A stretch of DNA of 64,000 nt from an uncultured virus (IMG/VR IMGVR_UViG_3300049825_000444) (Duplodnaviria > Heunggongvirae > Uroviricota > Caudoviricetes): the IMG/VR virus record IMGVR_UViG_3300049825_000444; one strand, written 5' to 3'. The notes under the pieces were generated by a model. It did not search any database and was not told the DNA's origin. It saw only the letters and a list, made by a program, of their open reading frames with translations. Positions 29,717 through 39,541 of this stretch are shown here, in pieces. Position 1 is the first letter of the stretch, and every line of letters begins with the position of its first letter. Made by a program: the position numbers and the translations under genes.

Positions 29717-30678
29717 TAGAAACCTCTACGTCTAGAATTTCTACTAGATAAACCACTTCTAACAAAACCATGTCGATTTACCAACTTCATTGGTGCATCT
29801 TCAACTCGGTTGTCAATTAATGTTTGAGTTTTTTGTTCAAATTCAGCTAATTTAGCATTAGCATTTTGTAAACCTTCAGTATCACCTTGAGCTTCTAAAC
29901 ATCTAGCAGCAACTCTATGTGCTAGAACAACATGAAGATCTGAAGGAATTTGTGGAATACAACATTGTTCAGCCAAAGCAATATGATCACCAACCGAAAG
30001 ATTTGAAGGAATATCAGAAACATTTAAAGTGATTGTTTTAGATGTTGAATTTACTGAAACAGCACTGATATCAAATTTTAAAGTCTTATGAGGTGATCGC
30101 AACATCATTAGATCGTATTTTTGATTACCATTAAAAGCTGTTGGGAAATTTGTTAATTGAATTTCACCAGTTGTTGTATTAATAGAACTTATTACCCCAA
30201 CTTGAGCAACATCAACTAAAGAATTTGGTCTAATATAATAAGAAACACTTAAATATGTATTACCAGGAAAATTAGTGTTAGCAGGAGCTAGAACTATTTC
30301 ATTATTTTGAACGTAGAAAGCATATACATTTGAATTTGTTGCTAGATTATTTTGGTAGTACGGGAGATCTCCTACCCCAATTCTAGTCATTTCAAATACA
30401 TTACCATTACTATCCTGAAAAGAAACTTCTCTTAGCTTATTACCAATTGCTCGATAAGGAATTGTATAATTATTTTGATTACCAACTAATGGAATCTTTT
30501 CTGTGTAAAGAAAATAGTCTTCATGCATTGTTAATACAGAAGGAACCAAACCAAGGTTCATTTCTTCATTAGCAAAAGCTAATAAATCTTCTTCATTAAA
30601 GGTGCTTTGCTGTTCAGGCATAGCAATGCGTCTTTTTACTGAAGCTATAATATCTGCTGAAGTATAATAACTAGGCAT
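29716..30678 (-). CDS. Head-tail adaptor / tail tubular protein A-like
   Basis: DIIASVKRR...DLLAFANEEM N-terminal helix and IP.DLH.VL C-terminal helix. Confidence 0.65.
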   Translation of the reverse strand: MPSYYTSADIIASVKRRIAMPEQQSTFNEEDLLAFANEEMNLGLVPSVLTMHEDYFLYTEKIPLVGNQNNYTIPYRAIGNKLREVSFQDSNGNVFEMTRIGVGDLPYYQNNLATNSNVYAFYVQNNEIVLAPANTNFPGNTYLSVSYYIRPNSLVDVAQVGVISSINTTTGEIQLTNFPTAFNGNQKYDLMMLRSPHKTLKFDISAVSVNSTSKTITLNVSDIPSNLSVGDHIALAEQCCIPQIPSDLHVVLAHRVAARCLEAQGDTEGLQNANAKLAEFEQKTQTLIDNRVEDAPMKLVNRHGFVRSGLSSRNSRRRGF

Positions 30679-30714
30679 TAGTTAAATCCTTTATTTATTA
30701 ACAGGATTAACTGA

Positions 30715-31095
30715 TTATTCCCTGTTTTTTTTACTCAATTTATTAAACATACTGTCTTCATCTTCTTCTTCATCAGTGATGCTAGACATATATTTAGGTT
30801 CTGACTCTTCTTCAGCTTCTTCTTTTTCTGGAGCAGCTTCACTAGATTTAAGTTCAGGTTGTTCTTCAACAATTTCTTGAGCTTTTTCTAGACCTTCTTT
30901 AAGACCATCTTTATCGTCTGCTAGAACAGAAACTTTATTCATTTCGTCCATACCAGATTTCACTTTACCACCAAGCATTTCTTGTGCCATTTGGACCAAT
31001 TCTTTAAGAACTTCCATTTTGGCTTGCTTTTCTTGGTCACTTAGACTTTGCTTATCTTTTTTATTCATAAGCAATTTTTTTAAATCGTCGATCAT
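30715..31095 (-). CDS. Acidic/helical late protein
   Basis: GGGAG SD and late motif upstream. Confidence 0.6.
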   Translation of the reverse strand: MIDDLKKLLMNKKDKQSLSDQEKQAKMEVLKELVQMAQEMLGGKVKSGMDEMNKVSVLADDKDGLKEGLEKAQEIVEEQPELKSSEAAPEKEEAEEESEPKYMSSITDEEEDEDSMFNKLSKKNRE

Positions 31096-31107
31096 TTGTT
31101 ATCTCCC

Positions 31108-31121
31108 TAATATTACTTGTT
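31108..31121 (-). promoter_or_regulatory. Putative phage late promoter motif
   Basis: AACAAGTAATATTA next to the SD. Confidence 0.6.
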
Positions 31122-31657
31122 TATTTTAAAATTAAAGTTAGTATTGAAAGTGCCAATAACAGGATATTAGCTACTATAAGTCTTTTGTCTAGTACATACT
31201 TAACTTCTGTTGTATGTGTAACTACTTGTTTTTCTTGAGGAATTTGTAATTCTAATACAGATTTTTCAATTTTAGACATTCTTTCAGATTGAACTCTTTG
31301 AACAGTATTAAGTAATCGGGATAAAGTCTCTCTTTGCTTATAAGCTTCTTTTCTTAATGCTTTTGCATACTTACGAGTTCTTTTATCTACAGTTTTAACA
31401 TTGTTCACAGTTACATGGTGATGAATATCTTGTTGTTTTTCAACTATCTGGACTTCTCGGACAGTTGGAACTATTAGGTCTTGCTTAATAGTTGGTTCTT
31501 GTATAAAATCTTCTAAGCTAGATCCAGTATGAAGGTTTTTAGGTTCAATATCATCAACTAGACGCTGAAAAGTGTTACGATGTTTTTCCATAACCTTTTG
31601 AGCAACTTTTTTAAATTCTTTATTTCTGGGGTCTTGCCCCATGCGCATTTTACCCAT
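31121..31657 (-). CDS. Protein with C-terminal TM
   Basis: Terminal hydrophobic helix. Confidence 0.55.
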   Translation of the reverse strand: MGKMRMGQDPRNKEFKKVAQKVMEKHRNTFQRLVDDIEPKNLHTGSSLEDFIQEPTIKQDLIVPTVREVQIVEKQQDIHHHVTVNNVKTVDKRTRKYAKALRKEAYKQRETLSRLLNTVQRVQSERMSKIEKSVLELQIPQEKQVVTHTTEVKYVLDKRLIVANILLLALSILTLILK

Positions 31658-31659
31658 AA

Positions 31660-32013
31660 TTATATACTCTGCAAAACTAGCTTACCAGTCCCAACAATTT
31701 TAACTCGTCTAGCACATATTGAAACTGGAACAAGAGCGGTTAAAGCTAAATCATAAAAAACAGATCCTGTATCATCAGGAGAAATCGAAACAGTTCCTGC
31801 TCCATACAAACAAACTGTCTTCATTCCAACACAAGATTGAATCGCTGTTTGATCTACAACAATAGAATCATGTTTACAAATAACACTATCACCATCTTCA
31901 GCATTAAGCTCCATCTGGATTTCAGTTGGTAAGATATGTACTCTATATGCTTCCAATTCTTCATCATAAACATATTGTTGAATGTGAACTGGATCTACTT
32001 TTGAACGAGACAT
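31660..32013 (-). CDS. Small structural protein (paralog of 33758 and 60988 ORFs)
   Basis: N-terminal D...I...YDEE..A.RV motif. Confidence 0.55.
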   Translation of the reverse strand: MSRSKVDPVHIQQYVYDEELEAYRVHILPTEIQMELNAEDGDSVICKHDSIVVDQTAIQSCVGMKTVCLYGAGTVSISPDDTGSVFYDLALTALVPVSICARRVKIVGTGKLVLQSI

Positions 32014-32021
32014 AAAAATCC

Positions 32022-33755
32022 TTACAGTAAAAGCGTATTTGCTTTAAATTTAAATGTTAAAGATACAAATCCTGAATAAGTAGTACTTGTATAATTTATT
32101 TGACCATCATTTTGTATACTAAAAAATACACCAGAATCATCACCAAATGAAGTTTGTGAAAAAAACCAATCAGAATCAGATTGAATACCTTTTAGATTAT
32201 AAGATTCGTATAAATTGGTATCAGCAGTAACAATTATTGTAACTGTTGCTTCAAAAGAACGAACAGCACCAGTTGCAAAATTTAAATTATCAACAGTTTT
32301 ATCATTTGCGTTTTCAATACCACTAAAAGAACCACTAAAAATATCATTAATATTAACACTAGATGATTCCACTGTAATAGAACCTGAAGAATTGACAATA
32401 GCAATTCCAGTTCCAGCGGTCAATGTGTTTAAAGTATAGTCAGTTCCATTACCAATTAATAATTGACCATCACTTGGTGTTGTTGATAGATTAGTTCCAC
32501 CTTTACTAATAGGTAAAGTTACAATTGTAGGTTCTTTACCATTTAATTGAGTTTGAATAGCACTTGTAACACCATCAAGATGATTAAATTCAGTATTAGA
32601 AACTATTCCAGTTCCTAATTTGGTAGCATCAATATTTGCACCGGATGCCACATGAGAATTTGTTAAAGAATTTGCAACAACAATGGCACTAATTTGATTT
32701 AAACTATCACTATAAGTTAAATCAATAGTTGAAGTGTCTGTTAATGCTGAACCAAAAGCATCTTGCGCTCTTTCATCTGTGAAATAAAGATTAGTTCCTT
32801 CTGGAATATTAGTTGTAGTTAATACAACAACACCAGTTTGTCCATTTACAGAAACAACTGAATCTGTTGTATCGGCTTTTTCCCAAACTTTAGAATCATT
32901 TAAAATTACATAGTCACCAACATCAAATGTCTGACTACCTGAACCTAAATTTCTAGTACCAGCAACACTAACTCTATAAACATCACCTATAGAAATATCA
33001 GGATTTCCAGCTCCATCAGCTAAGGTTGGTGTATTAGTTGAAGCATTCCATAATCCAACATATTGCATAATTGAATTAGGTAAATAAGCAACATCAATTT
33101 TTGAGGCACCATCTAAAGGAGCAACACCATTTGCAGCACCTTTTTCAGCTAAAGGAATCTTAGAATTAAGTTGTGTTTGAATTGAGCTTGTCACACCAGC
33201 AACAAAGGAAAGTTCTGTACTTGAAACTGCCGATGCTGTAGGTAAACCTGACGCACTTGATGTTAATGCTCTGTTTGCTGTAAGTGCCGGATTTTCAATT
33301 AATTGTCCACCAGAAGAAACTATAACTCTATTATTATTTAATCCAGCTTTAGAAATTGTTCCAGTAAATGTTGTATTTCCATCAAATATTTTATCACCTG
33401 GAATATTTTGTGCTGTAGTAGAAATTGCCCCTGGATTACTAGAGTCTGCTGGTTGAAGTACAAATCTAGTATATCTAATGTTACCAACATCTTCAGAAAC
33501 TAGACTATAACCATTTGCGTTAGCTGTAGAACCAAAAACAGCAGAAGTAATTCCGCTATCTTTCCATTGAGAAGATGTATTATCCCAAATATAAACATGG
33601 TCTGTATCTTTAGTTACTCGCATTTCACCATCAAGACCAGTAGAAGGTAATAAAGATTCTGTATCTACAGGATTACCAAAATAAGGATTACTAGAGCCGC
33701 CTGACCCAGTAATATCTAATCCAAGAAAAAGTAACGGATTAAATTTTGTTCCCAT
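32022..33755 (-). CDS. Tail or head fibre protein
   Basis: GVTSSIQTQL, KGAANGVAPLD, VVSVNGQTGVV and EGTNLYFTDERA fibre motifs. Confidence 0.75.
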   Translation of the reverse strand: MGTKFNPLLFLGLDITGSGGSSNPYFGNPVDTESLLPSTGLDGEMRVTKDTDHVYIWDNTSSQWKDSGITSAVFGSTANANGYSLVSEDVGNIRYTRFVLQPADSSNPGAISTTAQNIPGDKIFDGNTTFTGTISKAGLNNNRVIVSSGGQLIENPALTANRALTSSASGLPTASAVSSTELSFVAGVTSSIQTQLNSKIPLAEKGAANGVAPLDGASKIDVAYLPNSIMQYVGLWNASTNTPTLADGAGNPDISIGDVYRVSVAGTRNLGSGSQTFDVGDYVILNDSKVWEKADTTDSVVSVNGQTGVVVLTTTNIPEGTNLYFTDERAQDAFGSALTDTSTIDLTYSDSLNQISAIVVANSLTNSHVASGANIDATKLGTGIVSNTEFNHLDGVTSAIQTQLNGKEPTIVTLPISKGGTNLSTTPSDGQLLIGNGTDYTLNTLTAGTGIAIVNSSGSITVESSSVNINDIFSGSFSGIENANDKTVDNLNFATGAVRSFEATVTIIVTADTNLYESYNLKGIQSDSDWFFSQTSFGDDSGVFFSIQNDGQINYTSTTYSGFVSLTFKFKANTLLL

Positions 33756-33757
33756 TA

Positions 33758-34027
33758 TTAGCTAATTCTTTCTGCACTTAGAAGTTGATCTCTAACACCA
33801 GTAGTATAAATAACTCTTAATGCATACAAACTAACAGAACCTTCTTTAAAAGTGTAAGTTTCTGTATCATCTGAAACATTTGTTGTTGAAACTATTAATT
33901 CAACTTTTCTTCCAACTTTACCAACAAGAAACCCGTTTACTGTTAGAGAATTTTCAACATCATTAAAAGATGATCTTAAAACATTCTCAGCATCTTGTTT
34001 TGAAATAGATTTAGTGGTATTAGACAT
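33758..34027 (-). CDS. Small structural protein (putative fibre adaptor)
   Basis: DAENVLRSSFND..N.L.V motif shared with 60988. Confidence 0.55.
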   Translation of the reverse strand: MSNTTKSISKQDAENVLRSSFNDVENSLTVNGFLVGKVGRKVELIVSTTNVSDDTETYTFKEGSVSLYALRVIYTTGVRDQLLSAERIS

Positions 34028-34029
34028 AA

Positions 34030-36879
34030 TTAGTTACCAACTCTCATAATTTCAAAAATATCATACTGCCCATCTGCTGGTAATGTTGGAGTTGTTGCTT
34101 CAGAATAACTAGAAATAGTAATAATATCGTTAGCTTTTAAATTCAGAACTGAACTTGAAGAAATCATCTGTGAACCAGTAAATGTTATTGATCTAAAGAA
34201 TTCGTCAGTAATTATTGTTCCATTTTTTTTAATTCTTAAAGATAAAGCGTTTCCTGAAGTGTAAACTCCACCAGCAATATATTTAGCATTAATTTCATAT
34301 TTACCAGATACAGGAATGGTATATTCTCCTGTTGATGTATTATATTTATTATGCGAATCATAATCTTTAGTTGTATAAACAATAACATTATCTGCATTTG
34401 AAATTGTACCAGAAGCTATTGTTGCTCGCATATTCACACTTAAATCTGAATTTGTAGAATTGGTAATATTTGAACAATACAAAACTTGAAAAAATGTTGC
34501 AGAGTCATCATCAATTACTGTAGTATTAACTGTTGAAAAGTTTTCAACAAATACTTCTAAATAGTCTGTATCACCATTCATTTCAACTAAATATGTAGTA
34601 TCTGCACCCATATCAGCAGTGATACCACCTGATCCACCTTGAGCGATAATTGTACCGTTTTTATATAGATTAATAGAATATCTGTTGTTACTTCCATTAA
34701 TAAACACAGAAGCATTAACTAAATACATTCCTACTTGTTTTGGAATAAATCTATAGTTAGTTGTATCAAACCAAGAAGCAACATTTGTTTGTCCAGTAAG
34801 AATAGAATTAAATGCTATTTTTTGAAATCCACCACCAGTATTGATAGTTTGATTTGTTGATAATCCTACAACAACTTTTGGAACATAAGACAAACCGTAA
34901 ACATCTTGATTAGAAGATACCAAACTAATATTTACATAATTAAATGTATTATCTGTTACTAGACTAATTCCACCTGATCTATTAGTAACACCTTTTAGTG
35001 TAATAAGATCACCAGCATTGCATGAAATTTCATCAGAACCATTAGCCGCCATACTTTTTGTTACAGCAATATCAATTACGTCAGCACCAAGACGAGAATA
35101 TAAAGTACCGTTTTTATATAATTCTAATTGTAAAAAATCGGCTGTTGCCCAAGGTGCAAAGTCTGTTAATATTTGAGCAGACACTTCATATGTTCCAGAA
35201 ACTGGAATAATATATTCATTTGTTGAAAGATTAAAACTACCAGCAGAATCAAATGTTAAAGCGTTAAAATCTAGTGTAGTATTTGTAATTACTTGACCAT
35301 TATTTTGTGTAGCTCTTGCAACAACTTTTGATGAACTAGAAACTACTTCACTTGGACCAACAAAAATATTATCAAGAGATAAATTCATTGCAGAACTTGC
35401 AAGTGTACAATAAATGAAAATTCTATACAAAGTTCCATTATAAGAAGTTTGGAATGAACCTTCAGCTTTACCAGGAATATTATAAGATGTTTTTATTGGT
35501 TTATTATTAGTTGGTTGAATCCAAACATTGTTATCAACATCATAAATAGCCACTGCCCATAAATTTGACTGATCGTTAGTAACTCCTGGCATATAGTCAA
35601 AGCTATATTTTAATACTTTAGCATGATCAGCTCTATCAATCATAAATTGATCACTAATAACACCTTGAAACGCAACACCAGTAGTTGCTGTCAATGTTAA
35701 AGAGTAAGTACCGTCGAGTGTAGTACTATTATTAACAACTTGAAATGTTGTAAAACTTGCAGCACCAGCAGTAGGCGTTCCACTTGGAAATGAATTGACT
35801 TGTGATGTTGTAACTAAAGAAAATCCAGCAGTAGTACCTTTTTCAAAATCACCATTACCAGGATTATTCAAATATTCAGTTAAATAGTTTTTAGATCCAG
35901 TACCACTACCAGAACCTAAATCCTTCCAAGCTGTGCCATCATGAAAACGATATTTATTCAAAGCTGAATTGTAATATACATCTCTAGCAACACCAGATGG
36001 ATCTGTTGTACTAGATTTAGACAATTTTGAAGTTAAAGCATTTAGTTCAACTTTATTAGCTCCACCAGTTCCGGCAGTAACAACTAAATCTGCACTATTT
36101 TTTAAAGTATTAGTCCAAACTTCAGAAAGTCTATGTGTTGCATCACCAGCACTGATTGTATTATCAGTTGCAGGAAGTAAGCTAACATTAATTGCTGTAG
36201 AAGCTAAATTATCTAAAGCTTTTGAAGCTTTATTATCTAGTTGAGTTTGAGCATTAGATGTAAGTGAATTAATAAACTGTAGCTCAGCATTAGATACGCT
36301 ACCATCAGCCAATTTAGAAGCATCAATTCCAGCCAAAGCTTTAATATCAGCGTTATCAATATTGGAAATAGTATTTAAATCTGCATCAATAGTTTTATTA
36401 GTTAAAGATTGTGTATCACTTGTACCAACAACACTTCCAGTTATACCATGAACACCTGAAGATGCTCCAGTATGAGCAGTTAAAGAAGCTGAACTGGCTT
36501 TAGAATCTAATTGAACTTGTGCATTAGAAGTAAGTGAATTAATAAATTGCAATTCTGCATTACTAACTGAGCCGTCAGCCAACTTAGAAGCATCAATAGC
36601 CGCACCAGATTTAATATTAGCATCAGCAACATTACTTAATACGTTACCTGTTGCATCTACGTCAAATGTTTTATTTGTAAGAGCATTAGTTGTATCATCA
36701 CCAATTATAGTTGTTGGGTCTGATGGTAAATTCAGAGTAATATCAGCAGTTTGATTGGCTTGAATTGTTGTAGTTGTACTAGAAGTACCACCTGGAAGAA
36801 TTTGAACTTGACGGGGGGTCAAAGTGTTTTCTTCTCGGATTAATAATCCTTTTAAAACTTTATATAAAGAAAAAGCCAT
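34030..36879 (-). CDS. Tail fibre with C-terminal C1q/TNF-like domains
   Basis: LTNKT and IDASKL repeats; three C-terminal domains with YxIPxSGxYxVxA...LYKNG patterns. Confidence 0.75.
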   Translation of the reverse strand: MAFSLYKVLKGLLIREENTLTPRQVQILPGGTSSTTTTIQANQTADITLNLPSDPTTIIGDDTTNALTNKTFDVDATGNVLSNVADANIKSGAAIDASKLADGSVSNAELQFINSLTSNAQVQLDSKASSASLTAHTGASSGVHGITGSVVGTSDTQSLTNKTIDADLNTISNIDNADIKALAGIDASKLADGSVSNAELQFINSLTSNAQTQLDNKASKALDNLASTAINVSLLPATDNTISAGDATHRLSEVWTNTLKNSADLVVTAGTGGANKVELNALTSKLSKSSTTDPSGVARDVYYNSALNKYRFHDGTAWKDLGSGSGTGSKNYLTEYLNNPGNGDFEKGTTAGFSLVTTSQVNSFPSGTPTAGAASFTTFQVVNNSTTLDGTYSLTLTATTGVAFQGVISDQFMIDRADHAKVLKYSFDYMPGVTNDQSNLWAVAIYDVDNNVWIQPTNNKPIKTSYNIPGKAEGSFQTSYNGTLYRIFIYCTLASSAMNLSLDNIFVGPSEVVSSSSKVVARATQNNGQVITNTTLDFNALTFDSAGSFNLSTNEYIIPVSGTYEVSAQILTDFAPWATADFLQLELYKNGTLYSRLGADVIDIAVTKSMAANGSDEISCNAGDLITLKGVTNRSGGISLVTDNTFNYVNISLVSSNQDVYGLSYVPKVVVGLSTNQTINTGGGFQKIAFNSILTGQTNVASWFDTTNYRFIPKQVGMYLVNASVFINGSNNRYSINLYKNGTIIAQGGSGGITADMGADTTYLVEMNGDTDYLEVFVENFSTVNTTVIDDDSATFFQVLYCSNITNSTNSDLSVNMRATIASGTISNADNVIVYTTKDYDSHNKYNTSTGEYTIPVSGKYEINAKYIAGGVYTSGNALSLRIKKNGTIITDEFFRSITFTGSQMISSSSVLNLKANDIITISSYSEATTPTLPADGQYDIFEIMRVGN
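36215..36640 (-). repeat. Internal ~45-aa duplication in the fibre gene
   Basis: IDASKLADGSVSNAELQFINSLTSNAQ.QLD.KAS occurs twice. Confidence 0.85.
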
Positions 36880-36896
36880 TTATAATATCTCCTAAA

Positions 36897-37382
36897 TTAA
36901 ATCGAAAGTGATTTTGCTCGGAACTTCATAGTTCCTGAATAACCAGATACACCAATATCGTTACTCTTGTATTGCACTTGTCCTGAATCGGTAATAGAAA
37001 AAGTAACGCCGGAGTTTCCGGTAGTTCTTTGACTTAATTGCCATTTATTATTTACTGGAGCTGATGTATCATATATAATATAAATTGTTCCAGTTTCAGC
37101 ATATCCTGAAGTGTTGGTTGATGAAATTCTATATATTGAATAATCTATATTTGCTGCTCTTGTAACTCCTGGATCAAACAATAATCCATTAATATTATCA
37201 GCAACTGTAATATTATTAGTAATAGAAAAAGTTGTCTGTAAAATATCACCAGCACCAAGAAGTGTACCTAAAGCATCAGTTACAGCTTCAGCCCAACCAG
37301 TAGAATCATCTCCCCAGTTTGGGGATTCTCCTGGATCTGGGTAATTATAGGTAGTTCCGTTAATAGTTAAAGGTTTTGACAT
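36897..37382 (-). CDS. Structural protein sharing a domain with the 32022 fibre C-terminus
   Basis: SGVTFSITDSGQVQY...KFRA versus SGVFFSIQNDGQINY...KFKA. Confidence 0.6.
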   Translation of the reverse strand: MSKPLTINGTTYNYPDPGESPNWGDDSTGWAEAVTDALGTLLGAGDILQTTFSITNNITVADNINGLLFDPGVTRAANIDYSIYRISSTNTSGYAETGTIYIIYDTSAPVNNKWQLSQRTTGNSGVTFSITDSGQVQYKSNDIGVSGYSGTMKFRAKSLSI

Positions 37383-37396
37383 AGACGCTAAACTCC

Positions 37397-37411
37397 TAAT
37401 AATACTTGTTA
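37397..37411 (-). promoter_or_regulatory. Putative phage late promoter motif
   Basis: TAACAAGTATTATTA followed by a GGAG SD. Confidence 0.6.
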
Positions 37412-37415
37412 ATCC

Positions 37416-37444
37416 TTGATTTTCATTAAAAAATGTGTTATAAT
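37416..37444 (+). promoter_or_regulatory. sigma70-type promoter
   Basis: TTGATT-N17-TATAAT with extended -10 TG. Confidence 0.6.
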
Positions 37445-37450
37445 GTAAAT

Positions 37451-37912
37451 ATGACAGTAATTATAGATGGTTATGAAGTTTTAATAAATGAGAATGATAT
37501 GCATTTTTTAAGTAAATTTAAATGGCATATTCAAGTTAAATCTAATACTAACTACGTTGTTTTTAACACCACTTTAAAAGGTCGCAAATATAAAATGTTT
37601 AGACTTCATAGAACAATAATGGGCCTAGAAAATGTAGATTGGAAGAAATTTGTTGTAGATCATATAAATGGTAACGGTCTTGATAATAGACGTTGTAATT
37701 TAAGAATCGTAACCTTATTTGAAAATTCTATGAATCGAAAAAAAAGTAAAAATAATACAACTGGATATACAGGTGTTGATTTCAGTAAATCTGAAAAAAA
37801 ATTTAGAGCTAGAATTAGTAAATATGGTAAAAGACATGAATTGGGTTTGTTTAATACAGCAGAAGAAGCCTATCAAGCTTATTTAATGGCTAAAACTAAA
37901 TTTCATCGTTAA
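37451..37912 (+). CDS. HNH-AP2 homing endonuclease (freestanding)
   Basis: DHINGNGLDNRRCNLR; TTGYTGV...FRARI...LGLFNTAEEA. Confidence 0.9.
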   Translation: MTVIIDGYEVLINENDMHFLSKFKWHIQVKSNTNYVVFNTTLKGRKYKMFRLHRTIMGLENVDWKKFVVDHINGNGLDNRRCNLRIVTLFENSMNRKKSKNNTTGYTGVDFSKSEKKFRARISKYGKRHELGLFNTAEEAYQAYLMAKTKFHR

Positions 37913-38439
37913 GGCTTAAATTCCATACTAGGCCTGGGAGTCCTTTTTACCGTATCCAAATGTACCCAATTCGAGTTTTTACCAACTGTAGACTCCAAAG
38001 ATTCCATCATAAGTTCATGAGAACCTAAAATATTATCAGTTTTTTGTAGGGATCTTATGTAAGTACCTAAATTTCCAGAGTTTTTGTCTTGAAATATGTC
38101 TAAAGCTAAACCTATAGTATGTCCTGATTTTTTAGCAGCACCAGGAACATTAGCATTTACATCACTTGGTCTAAAACCGCTGGATAAACTGATATCAGAA
38201 GTCCATTTTATACTATTTAGCAACTTGTTTACTTTACTTACAAGTTCGATAGCATTAGCAATGACCTCTGGGGTAAGCTCTGGTGAGGATTTACGTTCTT
38301 TATAGCGTCCAGAAGACGTAATCCAGTCATCAAGTGTAATATATTGCTTTTCAGGAGTGATAATTTGTGTTGGTTGAGGATTAGATTCAACTATTTTTGT
38401 AGATTTTGGAAATAATAGATTTAATATAAAATTAAGCAT
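37909..38439 (-). CDS. Peptidase M15-family endolysin
   Basis: SSGFR...N..V.GA.KSGH..GLALD...WVHLD. Confidence 0.85.
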   Translation of the reverse strand: MLNFILNLLFPKSTKIVESNPQPTQIITPEKQYITLDDWITSSGRYKERKSSPELTPEVIANAIELVSKVNKLLNSIKWTSDISLSSGFRPSDVNANVPGAAKKSGHTIGLALDIFQDKNSGNLGTYIRSLQKTDNILGSHELMMESLESTVGKNSNWVHLDTVKRTPRPSMEFKP

Positions 38440-38467
38440 TGACTCTCCTGTTAAAACTTGTTATAAT
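38439..38467 (+). promoter_or_regulatory. sigma70-type promoter overlapping a late-motif variant on the other strand
   Basis: TTGACT-N17-TATAAT; ACTTGTTA at 38456-38463. Confidence 0.65.
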
Positions 38468-38476
38468 TGAATTGTT

Positions 38477-38887
38477 ATGAAAATAGAACATTTACAATCA
38501 TTAATAAATGAAATCTTACCTACAACATTGGAATATGTTGGTTTAGAAGATAACATTTTAAATCAAGGTGATAGTAATTGTTGGATTATTAGAGATTTTA
38601 AACTTTCACCAAATCCTATTATTAATTTTGGTTTAAAGTTTTCATTAAATGTTGATGTTATGGATTTAAATGTCAATAAATTTGAAGCTTTACAAAAAGC
38701 TTTTGATGAAGCATTAATGAATAAAATCAGAACTTCGGAATTAGTAAAACATGAGACTTTAGTTTTAAGTAATAAAATTAAAGAACTTCAAGATGAAATT
38801 GATAAGTTAAATCGACAAGTTACTGAACTTATTCCATATAAACATTATGTGGATGTACAGAAAGAAATAAATGTTAAAGAAAAGTAG
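38477..38887 (+). CDS. Hypothetical coiled-coil protein
   Basis: ORF downstream of a promoter. Confidence 0.55.
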   Translation: MKIEHLQSLINEILPTTLEYVGLEDNILNQGDSNCWIIRDFKLSPNPIINFGLKFSLNVDVMDLNVNKFEALQKAFDEALMNKIRTSELVKHETLVLSNKIKELQDEIDKLNRQVTELIPYKHYVDVQKEINVKEK

Positions 38888-39167
38888 AAATTATCAGGAA
38901 GATTATGAAACTTTTTGGAAAGAAATTATTCAAAATAAAGATGGATCTTTAAATATAGATCAAATTAAAAAAGAGTTAAGCGATTATAGTTTATTAATCA
39001 CTAATTTAAGTGATTTATATTGTTTAGCAACTGGAGATAAAGTATCATACACAACAACATTAGCACAGGAAGTTTATTATTTATTTCAAGAAGAATTAGA
39101 AGATGCGTATAATAATGGTTATAGTGATGGTTTAAATGACAGTGATTTGTCTAATGATTATAAATAG
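38871..39167 (+). CDS. Hypothetical protein
   Basis: FWKEII...G.L..DQIKKELSDY motif. Confidence 0.6.
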   Translation: MLKKSRNYQEDYETFWKEIIQNKDGSLNIDQIKKELSDYSLLITNLSDLYCLATGDKVSYTTTLAQEVYYLFQEELEDAYNNGYSDGLNDSDLSNDYK

Positions 39168-39287
39168 CTCGGAGTCTTGATGCATTGCTATGGACTTAAT
39201 GTAGAACCGTAAGGGTTTGAGAGATGACAAAGGTGACTTGACGTTCGGCTAGGACTAAACCGATACTTTGTTGTTTTGTGCCGAGCT
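39166..39287. ncRNA. Candidate structured non-coding RNA (unknown family)
   Basis: GC-enriched intergenic segment closed by AGCTCGG/CCGAGCT with several internal stems. Confidence 0.5.
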
Positions 39288-39541
39288 TGTTTCTTATTGT
39301 ATACAAAATTGTTGATAGTGTAAAGAATGGGATACTATTAAATTGGTATGCTTATAAACTAAATAGGATCTAGAAGCCAGATATGGTACGTCTAGGGTTA
39401 ATATGGGTGTTTATGGGTATATTTGTGGTTTTGATATTTTTCCCAAGAAAAAGAATCCCAGTTTAGTTATAGTAGTTTAAGTAAAACGTCACCCATGCGA
39501 GGTGAAGATCCCTTGTTACATCCTGGGCTATAATGTAAACA

